A DNA stretch of 62,522 nt, counting the filler, from a bacterium (GTDB lineage: Bacteria > JALSQH01), in assembly GCA_027004335.1 (NCBI GenBank). It is 8 parts of 8 records of this genome, joined end to end, with 100 filler letters (N's around TTAATTAATTAA, not from the genome) between each part and the next. Parts side by side here need not be neighbours in the genome. Positions count along the whole stretch, not along the records: positions 1 to 5,385 come from JALTID010000019.1; positions 5,486 to 10,854 come from JALTID010000020.1; 6 more parts are not named here. The stretch is one strand, 5' to 3'. Below are positions 1 through 9,686 of this stretch, piece by piece (within the stretch, counting starts at the first letter, position 1; the number at the start of each line of letters is the position of its first letter). A program made the translations under genes and the position numbers. Under the pieces are notes generated by a model. The model saw only the letters and a list, made by a program, of their open reading frames with translations. It ran no database searches and had not been told where the DNA came from.

Positions 1-560
1 AAGTTTCCCCTAATGCCTGAGGCATTGTAGGGTTGCTGGGATGCTATAATCCCAACGGTAATATTTTTGTTATTGAAGGTATATGTATCTTCGTATCCGG
101 CAGAAGGTGCAAGCAGTCCAAACTCAAGTGTAAAATGTTTCACAGGTGAATAGGTAAAATCTGCATATTCAATATCAAAAGGTGGAAGAATATCCTCAGG
201 GTTATCTAAAATGGAGGGAGTTCCGGTTCCTCCCAAACCAATATTTAATGATAAGGGGACCTTCTCATTTTGCAGGGTTAAATCAAACAGCAGGTTTGTT
301 ACCACAAATTTTCCCAAATAATTTCTCTTCAAATTTTCCCCTACATTGTTTGCTACTATAGCCCCCCCACTTGCACCAGCGGAGATGGAGAGAGAAAGTC
401 CATCTGAAATTTTAATGAAATTCTCTTTGCTTTGTTGCTTGGCCATTTCCGCCTCTTCCCTTTCTGGTAAGAGGGGAGAGCCATTTTTGCTTTCCTCAGC
501 CTTTAAATTAAAGCTAAAAAATAAGGTTAGCAAGAGAGCAAATACCATCATTCTCTTCAT
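1..560 (-). CDS. Outer-membrane beta-barrel porin-like protein (3' end beyond window)
   Basis: Hand translation from ATG 560, with SD AAGGAGGT upstream: signal peptide MKRMMVFALLLTLFFSFNLKA, then amphipathic strands and ...LELGLLAPSAGYEDTYTFNNKN... No stop in the window, so absent from the ORF track. Confidence 0.7.
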   Translation of the reverse strand, partial: MKRMMVFALLLTLFFSFNLKAEESKNGSPLLPEREEAEMAKQQSKENFIKISDGLSLSISAGASGGAIVANNVGENLKRNYLGKFVVTNLLFDLTLQNEKVPLSLNIGLGGTGTPSILDNPEDILPPFDIEYADFTYSPVKHFTLEFGLLAPSAGYEDTYTFNNKNITVGIIASQQPYNASGIRGN

Positions 561-731
561 AATATTAACCTCCTTTAATTTGTTAGTCTTGTGATTTAAC
601 TTACATTTTCCAGCTAGTGGACAGGCATCACATGGACTATGTCCTTCTTTTTTCAGAAAAATTTTACTGAGATATCTCCATATGAAGATTATTGAGCAAA
701 TCAATATAACAGCAATTATTACATTTGTCAT
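561..731 (-). CDS. FeoB-associated Cys-rich small membrane protein, in frame with the porin with no stop
   Basis: MTNVIIAVILICSIIFIWRYLSKIFLKKEGHSPCDACPLAGKC...: one TM helix plus CxxCxxxxxC, directly after feoB. Confidence 0.75.
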
Positions 732-741
732 TATCTTCCCC

Positions 742-2883
742 CTAAAACCCCAAAAATTTTCCAATACTGAAAACAAGTGTAGATGCGATGTAGGGAACTA
801 AGGTGGTTAACAAGATGGAGAATCCCAGTATTCCCCATCCGAATTCCTGATAAATTGCTCCCAGTGTTACTATGCATGGTATCCATAGCAATGTAAAAAC
901 CATATAAGAATAGGATGAAAGAGGAGTAAATGCATTTTTTATCTTTTTTAAAAGCGGAGATTCTTCAACCTCCATCTCAAAAATTGATGATTTCCATGTG
1001 GCGAGACTTTTAAGAGATTCCCAGATTGCTACGAAGAATCCCTTTATCTGATCAATTGAGTCTTCCCAGAATGAAGATTTTTCCTCTTTACCCTCTTCTT
1101 CTTCACCAGCCCCATAAGCCTGCCCGAGTGCACCCACTACCGCTTCTTTGGCTATTGTTCCTGGTATAAGCGCAGCTACAGCCTGCCATTTGTCGCCGAA
1201 TCCTGCAGGCTTAAAAATTGGTGCTATAGTTCTCGCTGTAACTCCAAGGATCGTTTTTTCCGGAGGAGCTCCATAGGGAATATTTATCAGTGCCCATAGA
1301 AATATCATCGTGATAAAAATGATTGTTCCTGCTTTTATGACAAATGCTCTTGTCCTAAGCCACATTGAGCTCCATATCATTTTTAGTGTTGGTACCCTGT
1401 AGGGAGGAAGTTCCATTAAAAATTCTTCTGCTTTTCCCTTGAAAACTGCTTTCTTCAGTATCAGACCCACTATGACTGCAACCGCAATGCCAAAAACATA
1501 CAGTGATAAAACGACTCCTGCTTGTCCATGTCTAAAGAATACCGCTGTGAAGAGTGCGTATATTGGTAACCTTGCTCCACAGGACATATACGGGATTAAC
1601 AGTGCGGTTATCTTCCTTGCTTTTTCATCTTCAAGTGCTCTTGTTGCATAAATTGCCGGTACATTACAACCAAAACCGATTACCATGGGGACAAAAGATT
1701 TACCATGAAGCCCTATCCCTTTCATTAGCTTGTCCATAACAAAGGCGACTCTTGCCATGTAACCACTTTCTTCAAGAAGGGCAAGAAAAAAGTAGAGGAA
1801 GAACATAAGTGGCACAAAAGAAAGTACCAGACCAACTCCTCCTATAATACCGTCTACAATTAAGGATGTTAGCCATGGTGGAGATTTAGATAAGATTATC
1901 CCTGTCCATTTTCCTATGTAACCATTTATGAATCCATCTGTCCAATCTATAAATGGCCCACTTCCGTTAAATGTGAAGAGAAAAACGAGATAGAGTAACA
2001 AAAGAAAGATAGGAATTCCTAACATTCTGTTTAAAAAAATACTATCCAATATTTCAGTTAATTCCCTTTTTCTCTCTACTGGACGCCTGAGAACATTTTT
2101 AACTATTGAATTAACTCCACCATATCTCTCTTCAGGGATTAAAGTTCCGATGTCTTCGCCGAAGTACTTTTCTAAGCGTTTTCTAACATCATCTATGATT
2201 TCTTCTCTTGGTAATTTCCCGAGAAGATCTTTTTTCTCCATTCTTTCATAGAAATATTCATCTTTTTCCAACAGCTTAAGGGCAGTCCATCTTTTAGGTA
2301 GTTGAAAGTCTTCAGGGATATAGTTTATTAATTCTTCAATACTTTCCTCTATTTTTTGACTCAGCTTCAGAAAGTTAGGTTTATTTTGTTTTTCAGAGGT
2401 GGAAATTATTGCCTTTAGAAGTTTATTTACTCCCTTACCTTTTGTGGCTACAGTCGTGATCACTTTTGCATTTATAGCCTGCTCAAATTTCTCAATATCG
2501 AGTCTGTAACCTTTATCTTCAAATTCATCCCACATATTAAGTGCGATAACTGTAGGTATTTCAAGGTCTAAAAGTTGTGAGGTAAGATAGAGATTTCTTT
2601 CTAAGTTTGTAGCATCAATAACATTTATTATAGCATCTATTTTTTCTTCTAGTAAAAAGTCTCTTGCTATTTTTTCCTCGATCGTGTAGGGACTTAAGCT
2701 GTATATTCCGGGAAGATCGACCAGCTTTATTTTTACTCCATTATAAGTAAGCTCTGCTTCTTTTTTTTCAACAGTAACTCCTGGCCAGTTACCGATTTTT
2801 AACTTTGCTCCTGATAGTGAATTTATCAGAGCGGTTTTCCCCACATTGGGATTTCCTGCAAAGGCTATGATTAACTCCTTCAT
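742..2883 (-). CDS. feoB: Ferrous iron transporter B
   Basis: G1 GNPNVGKT, G2 NWPGVTVE, G3 DLPG; membrane domain with GFGCNVPA and MSCGARLP. Confidence 0.98.
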   Translation of the reverse strand: MKELIIAFAGNPNVGKTALINSLSGAKLKIGNWPGVTVEKKEAELTYNGVKIKLVDLPGIYSLSPYTIEEKIARDFLLEEKIDAIINVIDATNLERNLYLTSQLLDLEIPTVIALNMWDEFEDKGYRLDIEKFEQAINAKVITTVATKGKGVNKLLKAIISTSEKQNKPNFLKLSQKIEESIEELINYIPEDFQLPKRWTALKLLEKDEYFYERMEKKDLLGKLPREEIIDDVRKRLEKYFGEDIGTLIPEERYGGVNSIVKNVLRRPVERKRELTEILDSIFLNRMLGIPIFLLLLYLVFLFTFNGSGPFIDWTDGFINGYIGKWTGIILSKSPPWLTSLIVDGIIGGVGLVLSFVPLMFFLYFFLALLEESGYMARVAFVMDKLMKGIGLHGKSFVPMVIGFGCNVPAIYATRALEDEKARKITALLIPYMSCGARLPIYALFTAVFFRHGQAGVVLSLYVFGIAVAVIVGLILKKAVFKGKAEEFLMELPPYRVPTLKMIWSSMWLRTRAFVIKAGTIIFITMIFLWALINIPYGAPPEKTILGVTARTIAPIFKPAGFGDKWQAVAALIPGTIAKEAVVGALGQAYGAGEEEEGKEEKSSFWEDSIDQIKGFFVAIWESLKSLATWKSSIFEMEVEESPLLKKIKNAFTPLSSYSYMVFTLLWIPCIVTLGAIYQEFGWGILGFSILLTTLVPYIASTLVFSIGKFLGF

Positions 2884-3122
2884 AGTGCCTCCTTGTTAAG
2901 CTTTTCTATTTCTATTTGTTCGGCTTCTCTTTTTCTAAGGGAAAGCTTATAACCTTTTACTCTAATTTCAATGGGATCTCCTAACGGTGCCACTTTTTCT
3001 AATACTAAAGTTTCTCCTTTCACTATTCCCATATCTCTCAACCTCCTTTTCAGTTTTTGATCCCCTGCAATAATTCTAATGATTGTTCCCCCTTCACCGG
3101 GTGATAATTCATTCAATTTCAT
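2880..3122 (-). CDS. feoA: Ferrous iron transport protein A
   Basis: RRLRDMGI...APLGDPIEIRVKGYKLSLRKREA; overlaps feoB start by 4 nt. Confidence 0.96.
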   Translation of the reverse strand: MKLNELSPGEGGTIIRIIAGDQKLKRRLRDMGIVKGETLVLEKVAPLGDPIEIRVKGYKLSLRKREAEQIEIEKLNKEAL

Positions 3123-3382
3123 CCCTTCACCTCCTTTACATATATTTTGCTTGCCATTCCAAAGCCTATCCCTATCCTCATTTCACCGTTCTTAAGCACA
3201 ATTGGACCAGGCGCGGATTTAATAACTTCGTAAATTTTACCTGGGACAATACCCATTGATAAGAGCCTATTATGTGCATTTCTTCCGCTCCTTATTTCAA
3301 CTATCTCAACCCTTTCTCTTTCTTTAGCGAAAGAAAGAGGGAAAATATTAGGTTTTCTTAACATTGTTAGAACATCCTTCAT
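3119..3382 (-). CDS. feoA: Second FeoA-family protein
   Basis: RLLSMGIVPG...GPIVL...IGIGFGMASKIYV. Exact start uncertain. Confidence 0.9.
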   Translation of the reverse strand: MKDVLTMLRKPNIFPLSFAKERERVEIVEIRSGRNAHNRLLSMGIVPGKIYEVIKSAPGPIVLKNGEMRIGIGFGMASKIYVKEVKG

Positions 3383-3393
3383 CTCAGAAAATA

Positions 3394-3421
3394 ATTGTAT
3401 AAATTTCTAAGGAAATGTCAA
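3394..3421 (-). promoter_or_regulatory. Sigma70-type promoter of the feo operon
   Basis: TTGACA (3421-3416)-N16-TACAAT (3399-3394). Confidence 0.6.
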
Positions 3422-3477
3422 GAAAAATTTTTTAAGGCTTTAAAAGAAATTAACCTGCTAAGGCAAAAATTACCATC

Positions 3478-5385
3478 CTACTCAGGATCACATACCCCGC
3501 CACTGCATAACTGATAAACATCTCCTGTATGAATAAATTTCTTTACCTGCTCTCTTGCCTTATTAAGGCAAAAGGGTACAGCATGGGCTGGAACAGGGGT
3601 AGAGCCACATTTAACATCTGTGGTCTGTTTTTTCCCAAGGGGCGAGTTNNNNNNNNNNTCAGTGGTAATATTGCTAACTGAGGCATCACCAATGCTTTCC
3701 TGAGATAGTATCCTATTGGGAGAAGGACAACAGATACCAGGCATGTATAATTTTTTAAATCCACCAGATGACATGTTAGTTAAACATAGATGTGGATTCA
3801 AATCATAATATGGTGCAAATGTTATGGGATCTACAAGATCATAAAACATCTGTGCCAGAACAACCATCTTGGTAATTTCATATTCATCCGGGATTTTAAG
3901 CATAAATAGCCCCTCAAAGTAGTTCCAGTTGTTATACCTCTGAAACAGTATTGACCATACAGCTCCATTAACCACCAGAGCGTCAGGGAAATCTTCGCCT
4001 AAGGCATGAAAATAAGGATCTTCTATCAACTTTTCTAATGAAGTTCCAAGAAACCTACACACGTTATTTCTTATCAAACCAAGGAGGTATTTTGAAGTAT
4101 ACGCAAAGGTACCCCCCTGAATCCCGCCATTAGAAACCCCATAATAAAAAGGCAATAAAGTAGCTCTTGTAGAAAATTCTGGATAAGCTTTAAGTAAAAT
4201 ATCATAGGCATCCAGAGTCAGAGCAAGNNNNNNNNNNATCAAGATGTCCCTGAAGTAAATTTTCTGCCATTCCTATAAGTCCATAGAAAGGATGCTGATC
4301 TGAAACAAGGGCATTTTTTATTGTTCTTTCCATTCCCTCGTAATCAGCACCAATCCAGTTAGTGGCAACTTCAACTGAGCACCAATCCTCCGCATCTTTC
4401 TTCAACATATAATCATTTAGGGAATCTAAACTTCCTCCAAGTCCATGGCCAAATATCATTACCCCAATTTTAGTTGCCTCGGTTACACATTTTGGGATAT
4501 TTATCTTAAATGGGATATCCTTCCAGATAAAATGATCTATATCAACTCCACCATCTGAGTTTCTCTTTACTCTCGAATCATTTTTTATCAAAAGCCAGGG
4601 AACAGAGATAGTACCAGAAACCTGCTTCAGGAGAAAGTCCCCGCTACCAGCGTCGGGAAAATCCTTTTCCTGTGTTATCTTAAAAGAAAATGGGGCTTCA
4701 TTTTTCTCAAATCTCTCCATGAATATCTGGTGAATCAGATTTATTACTCTCCCCATATTCTTCCCAATGATGTTTTTGTCACTTCCTGTTGTAAAATCCC
4801 ACATGAGAAATATCTTTGAACGGGATAAAGAGACTCTGGTAAGCTGTGAAAAATAATATTCATATTTACTTCTGATACTCTCCACATAGTTGCTGTCTGT
4901 AGGAATAGAGTCCCTTAAGGCTCTAAAAGCTGAAGGCGGTGTTCCATCCTTTGTGATGCCATTTTTTAGGATAACAAGGTAAGTTGTTTCTGGCTCCAGT
5001 CTTATTAATGGATGAATTAGAAGAACAAATTTCTCATAGGATCTTGAATCTCCTTCTGCAAATAAGGGGACTCTCTTCCATGTTTTGGTATTTACAAGCT
5101 GAATTGTTGATGTGGCTTCTGTTGATCTTTCGGGATGAAAGAGATCCGGAAAGTTATCATCTTTGTTGATTGTTCCATTTAACATTACCAGAATCTGAGT
5201 GGCGGGGCTGAAACCATCAAAGATCTTAAACTCATCTACTGGAAACTCTGCCCCGCCGGTAGTTTTTGCAAAAGCTGAAGCAGGAATATTCACATAGGTT
5301 GAATCTGTTGTAGCTGAGAGAAACTGGTTGGTTGGAAATGGAGTAAGGCAGTCTCCCATGGAGAAGATATTACACTTCTGTGTAT
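3478..5385 (-). CDS. Secreted alpha/beta-hydrolase (lipase-like, with Ig-like N-terminal region); 5' partial; broken by two 10-N gaps
   Basis: CLTPFP, DGFSP, LEPETTYLV, MIFGHGLGGS and nucleophile elbow YGVSNGG. Frame changes coincide with N-gaps 3649-3658 and 4228-4237. Confidence 0.7.
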
Positions 5386-5485
5386 NNNNNNNNNNNNNNN
5401 NNNNNNNNNNNNNNNNNNNNNNNNNNNNNTTAATTAATTAANNNNNNNNNNNNNNNNNNNNNNNNNNNNNNNNNNNNNNNNNNNN
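5386..5485. other. Artificial contig linker
   Basis: N44-TTAATTAATTAA-N44; identical at seven places. Confidence 0.99.
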
Positions 5486-5924
5486 ATTCCACAATGGCGT
5501 CATTTATTCCCAGAACCATTGAGCCAACATAGTTGAGCTTCTCCTCATCCAGCATATCTATTAAAAGAGCCTCATGTTTCTCCTCATCTTCAAGAATATT
5601 TTGCGCCTCCGGGATCTCATCCACTAATTTTTGATACTTGTGCTCCGCAAGGGTTTCCCCTTTTTCCATCATTTTTATCGCAAAAGTGAGGCTGAAGATC
5701 CTCGCAACAAAAGTGTAAAACCTGATCTTCCACCTATGAGGTTTCACTTCTATGCCGGTGTACTTTTTCCACATATTATGATGAGAAAGTTCATCGGCAG
5801 AGATATCGTTCAATACATCACGATTTTCTCCTGTAATTATTCTGGACAAATTCCTATATATCTCATGCTCAGTTAATTCGCTTCTCTGCGATTCAATGAG
5901 AATCTTCCTGATCTCTTCTTTCAT
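5486..5924 (-). CDS. Rubrerythrin/ferritin-like + VIT1/CCC1 family protein (3' partial)
   Basis: ExxE/ExxH diiron-like motifs (DELSH, DEEKHE), then VLGINDAIVE at the start of the CCC1 domain. SD AGGAGG before ATG 5924. Confidence 0.85.
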
Positions 5925-5972
5925 TGATTTATCCTCCTTACCTTTCATGGAAAACAGAAAAAACTTCCAACT

Positions 5973-7481
5973 TCATCCCCATTTATAAATAACCCCTTTA
6001 CCACCAGGTGGGTAACTCCACTCTATATTTTCGTAGGGGCAAAAATAGTTACAAAATCCACACTCAAGGCACTGCTCATCATTCACAATTATTCCACCAT
6101 CTAACTCACTATACACAGCACCAGGACACATATCCAGACATGGCTTATTTTCACACCTGGCACATATATCTGGATCTTCCAGCCCTATAAAACCCTTAAC
6201 AGGTCTTCTATCAAGATGGGATTGAATAAACTCCCTCATATCCTTTTTTTCCCCAGGATAAGATGAAGAAGTTTCAGAGAGGAGCTTTTTTATCTCCTCC
6301 ATCACACCAGTTTCACCCAGAGAATTAAGCATGGCTACTGCTGCAATCAAAAATTTTGAAAAATTCCTTTCAATTCTCTCGTGTCTTCTGAAAACAAGAT
6401 GATAAATCTTAGTATTTCTGAATATCCTCCACAATCCATTTTGTTTCAAAAATTTTACATAAATTTTGTTACTATGATTAAGATTTATACCTTTCTCTCT
6501 TATTTCAGTAATCGCCTTTGCCACAGATACGCCACTGAGAAAAGCTATCGGTAGCCCGCTCAGATCACCTGCGGCAGAACCCATGGCATCCCCTGCAAGA
6601 AATACTCTTTTTTTTGCAAAAAAAGGATTAAGAAGAGAAATGTAACCATACGGAATCAGATGGGTTGAGATCTCAAGGGCTTTACCTCCATCAATGAAAG
6701 AAGCAAGGTAGGGATGCTTCTTCAACATCTGGTGCAATTCCAGTGCAGAAATACCATGTTTTATAAGATAACTCACTCTGGCACCTGTACCAAAAGAGAT
6801 TGACTCTTTATTAGTGTATATAAAACCTCCTCCTGGAATAGAATAATCGGGATGCCCAATTATATCTATAACTGCACCTTTACCTGAAGAAAGCCCAAAT
6901 CTTTTTTCAATAACCTCTGGAGTTAATTCAATAACCTCTTTCACACTTACAAAGAGATTCTCCTGAGGTATTTTTTTTCTTATTTCTGCTGAAGTGGCTG
7001 TAACTGAATTCACCCCATCAGCACCAACTACAAAATCAGCAGTCACCTCACCTCTATCTGTAATAACCCGTACTCTATCAACTTCATTAACAACTCTTTT
7101 CACCAGGGAATCAGTGATTATTTCTCCTCCCTTTTCCCTCGCTTTTTCTGCAAGATAGGGATCAAATTTTGATCTAAAAAGAGTGACAGCTTCAAACTTC
7201 CCCTCATATTTCCTCACCCCTACATGTGCCAGTGTGGTAGAAGTTATGAAAAAATGCTCCTCAGCTTCAATCTCCCTTTCATAGGGAGGCAATGGAAGTT
7301 CAGGGAAAGCTTTTTTAAAATACTCAAGGTACATCACCCCACCCATTACATTCTTTTCCCCGGGACGACTACCTCTTTCAATTATGCCAACAGAAAAACC
7401 TTTTGATAAAAGATGATACGCCGTAGTTAACCCCGCAGGACCTGCTCCAACTACAATTACATCAAAATCTTTTCCATGCAT
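5973..7481 (-). CDS. FixC-type FAD oxidoreductase fused to FixX ferredoxin (ETF:quinone oxidoreductase-like)
   Basis: VVGAGPAG, ERG..PGEKNVMGG, GGGFIYTNKESIS; C-terminal CENKPCLDMCP...CLECGFC...CP...WSYPPGGKGVIYKWG. Confidence 0.88.
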   Translation of the reverse strand: MHGKDFDVIVVGAGPAGLTTAYHLLSKGFSVGIIERGSRPGEKNVMGGVMYLEYFKKAFPELPLPPYEREIEAEEHFFITSTTLAHVGVRKYEGKFEAVTLFRSKFDPYLAEKAREKGGEIITDSLVKRVVNEVDRVRVITDRGEVTADFVVGADGVNSVTATSAEIRKKIPQENLFVSVKEVIELTPEVIEKRFGLSSGKGAVIDIIGHPDYSIPGGGFIYTNKESISFGTGARVSYLIKHGISALELHQMLKKHPYLASFIDGGKALEISTHLIPYGYISLLNPFFAKKRVFLAGDAMGSAAGDLSGLPIAFLSGVSVAKAITEIREKGINLNHSNKIYVKFLKQNGLWRIFRNTKIYHLVFRRHERIERNFSKFLIAAVAMLNSLGETGVMEEIKKLLSETSSSYPGEKKDMREFIQSHLDRRPVKGFIGLEDPDICARCENKPCLDMCPGAVYSELDGGIIVNDEQCLECGFCNYFCPYENIEWSYPPGGKGVIYKWG

Positions 7482-7520
7482 AAGAGACTTATTATACAGT
7501 AGAGAAATGACTGTGCAAAA

Positions 7521-9068
7521 TCAGGGAGATTCTTCCATAAATTCTTTCCGACAATGTTCCAAATCTATGCCCATTTCTTGTAATTTATCCGGTGTAAGGG
7601 GATCAATTTCAGCTATTTTCTCAAGATCAATATAGGGGATATTATAATTATAGGTTTTATTTACCGCTTCAATAAACATATCTGCGATAAGGGCATAACC
7701 TGTGTAGGTAAGATGCACAGCATCAAGACTTACAAGACCTCCAAGGTAATCTGGAGTAAAAATCTCATCTCCTATAACAACTCCACCATTTTTTATTAAA
7801 ATCCCATTATCTAAATGGTACTCCTTTCCATTCGTCTTTGATTGTTCTATTTTCTGGATGTAACCTCTGAAATCAACTATATGAATGTTATCATACTTTT
7901 CAGCAACCTCTGTAAATGCAGTACTGTACTCAGCAGATATTCTCTTCAAACCATTCCACCATGCATCCACTTCTTCAGAAGAATAACCTACATGGAGAAG
8001 GTGATTTTTCATTTTCCCTAAGATAGGCATAGCTGTTATATCAGGCATATTTGCAATAAAACCCACCACTCCTTTTGCATTCATCTCTGAGAACATCTTA
8101 TCAAGTTCTTTCTTTACAATTGCAATTGGTGTAACTTCATCAAGAGATGGTGTCCCGTTGATAAGGGAAAATTCAAGAATATCATCAGCATAAAGGTCAG
8201 TGGAAAAGAGAACTGTCGGGTTCAATGATAATGCATATTCAACTGGGCTGCCCTGCGGGGGATCCTGAAAAGCGTAGAAAATATCTGTAAAGGGATCATA
8301 GGAGAGATGCTCAAGTACTGCGAGCACATGGAGTCTTCCATGCTCAGCCCCCTCCACACTATCCTGAACTGTGGCGCCACCAATACCAGCATTGTAAACT
8401 GTTAAATATGGATCCACTCTGTATGAAGCAAGGATAAAAATTTTTTTCTTCTCCTTATTCCTTATTAAGCTAAGGGTTTTTAATATTCTCCTCAGCAGAA
8501 TATCATTCATCTCAGTTCCATTACAATTGGTAAGTAAACTTGCTGGATCTTGTGGAATAAGGATCCCCTCTCTTATAAGTGCCTGTGGAAAATAAGCTCC
8601 TGCCTGCTTTGCCACCTGCGCAAAAGGACTGTACTGCTGTAACTTCCAATCAAGCCCCATACTTATAAATCCATGAGTATAACTTGCTCCAACACTGACC
8701 ATCTTTTTGAAAATAGGATACTTTAATGAAGTATATCTAAAAGCATTTTTAATAACGAAATTACCCTTATTTGTATAAATATAAATTGGATAAGCTCCTC
8801 CTTTCTCTGCTCCTTCAGTATACCCGGAAATTGTTCCTCCAAAATAGGCCGCATAGTAAAGGTCATGCCCAGCAATACTCACCCTCACAGAGGTAATTCC
8901 AGCAGGGAAATCTGTTGAATGTATATTTAATTCCACATTACCATAAAGAGAGGTACTTGTAGGAGATAGGGAATAATTTTTTAATTGCCTGAACTTAATA
9001 GGGACCCCGTTATTCCCCCCGCAGCCCAACAAAAGCAAAATAAGAAGAAAAACTATTACCCTTTTCAT
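7521..9068 (-). CDS. SGNH/GDSL-family hydrolase lipoprotein
   Basis: Lipobox LLGC; block I VGASYTHG; NAGIGGA; C-terminal SLDAVHL (DxxH). Confidence 0.78.
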   Translation of the reverse strand: MKRVIVFLLILLLLGCGGNNGVPIKFRQLKNYSLSPTSTSLYGNVELNIHSTDFPAGITSVRVSIAGHDLYYAAYFGGTISGYTEGAEKGGAYPIYIYTNKGNFVIKNAFRYTSLKYPIFKKMVSVGASYTHGFISMGLDWKLQQYSPFAQVAKQAGAYFPQALIREGILIPQDPASLLTNCNGTEMNDILLRRILKTLSLIRNKEKKKIFILASYRVDPYLTVYNAGIGGATVQDSVEGAEHGRLHVLAVLEHLSYDPFTDIFYAFQDPPQGSPVEYALSLNPTVLFSTDLYADDILEFSLINGTPSLDEVTPIAIVKKELDKMFSEMNAKGVVGFIANMPDITAMPILGKMKNHLLHVGYSSEEVDAWWNGLKRISAEYSTAFTEVAEKYDNIHIVDFRGYIQKIEQSKTNGKEYHLDNGILIKNGGVVIGDEIFTPDYLGGLVSLDAVHLTYTGYALIADMFIEAVNKTYNYNIPYIDLEKIAEIDPLTPDKLQEMGIDLEHCRKEFMEESP

Positions 9069-9091
9069 ACTTCACCTCCGGGGTTTTAAAG

Positions 9092-9120
9092 AGTTTGTCA
9101 CATTATTTAACAGGTGTCAA
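9092..9120 (-). promoter_or_regulatory. Candidate promoter of the SGNH gene
   Basis: TTGACA-N17-CAAACT on the minus strand. Confidence 0.4.
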
Positions 9121-9299
9121 GTCAGTGGCTATCATGCGCCATAGATGGGTACAAACAAACTGACCACTTTAAAAATTGATTCAATATATTTCGCTTCCTA
9201 AGTTTGCTTAGATACTCAAAGGAGGGGGCAAAAAATTTCCATCCCTGCCATTCCAAAAGCAGTTATCGCAATTGCCCCAAGTGTAAGAGCGAACAATTA

Positions 9300-9516
9300 T
9301 TCACCACAATAGAGAATCTTATGAAGTATCTTGATTATCCTTATTTGCTTCGTCAATACATTTATACAACGAACCTCCCTGGAAAGATTTAATAAAGAGA
9401 TCAAGAAGAGTGCTACGGTAATAGAAGTATCTAATGATAAGAAAGCGGTTGAAAAAATATTTTTAGTGATTCCTAAGATAAATGACAGCTACGGCAGACG
9501 AAAATTGAAGTATTAA
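9300..9516 (+). pseudogene. IS256-family transposase C-terminal relic (frameshifted)
   Basis: YPYLLRQYIYTTN in one frame continues as LERFNKEIKK..VIEV..AVEKI in another, matching the IS256 IYTTNxxERxNKEIK motif. Confidence 0.8.
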
Positions 9517-9536
9517 AAAGGGAAAAGAGGAAAAAA

Positions 9537-9611
9537 TCCCAGCTTTCTAGCATTTCCTTTTCTAATGCTTTCTTTAACTCAAGGTGAGGAATATGTCTTA
9601 ACCAGAATAAG
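9537..9611 (-). repeat. Dispersed repeat, copy A
   Basis: About 59/75 identical by hand to 12266-12340; core CTGGTTAAGACAT. Confidence 0.85.
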
Positions 9612-9619
9612 TATTCCCC

Positions 9620-9647
9620 TTGACAGTTCAATGGTGTTGAATATACT
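9620..9647 (+). promoter_or_regulatory. Promoter upstream of the speD leader
   Basis: TTGACA-N16-TATACT. Confidence 0.6.
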
Positions 9648-9686
9648 AATTAACAGTTTCTCAAAAGTTAGGAGGTGATGAAAGGT

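Noticed and set aside
3649-4237. Programmed frameshifts or split genes in the hydrolase (also secY at 18847-18856)
   Set aside because: Frame breaks coincide exactly with 10-N scaffold gaps.
9115-9300. Left inverted repeat of the IS relic, or a CxxC zinc-ribbon transposase fragment
   Set aside because: No convincing inverted-repeat pair or target duplication could be identified by eye.
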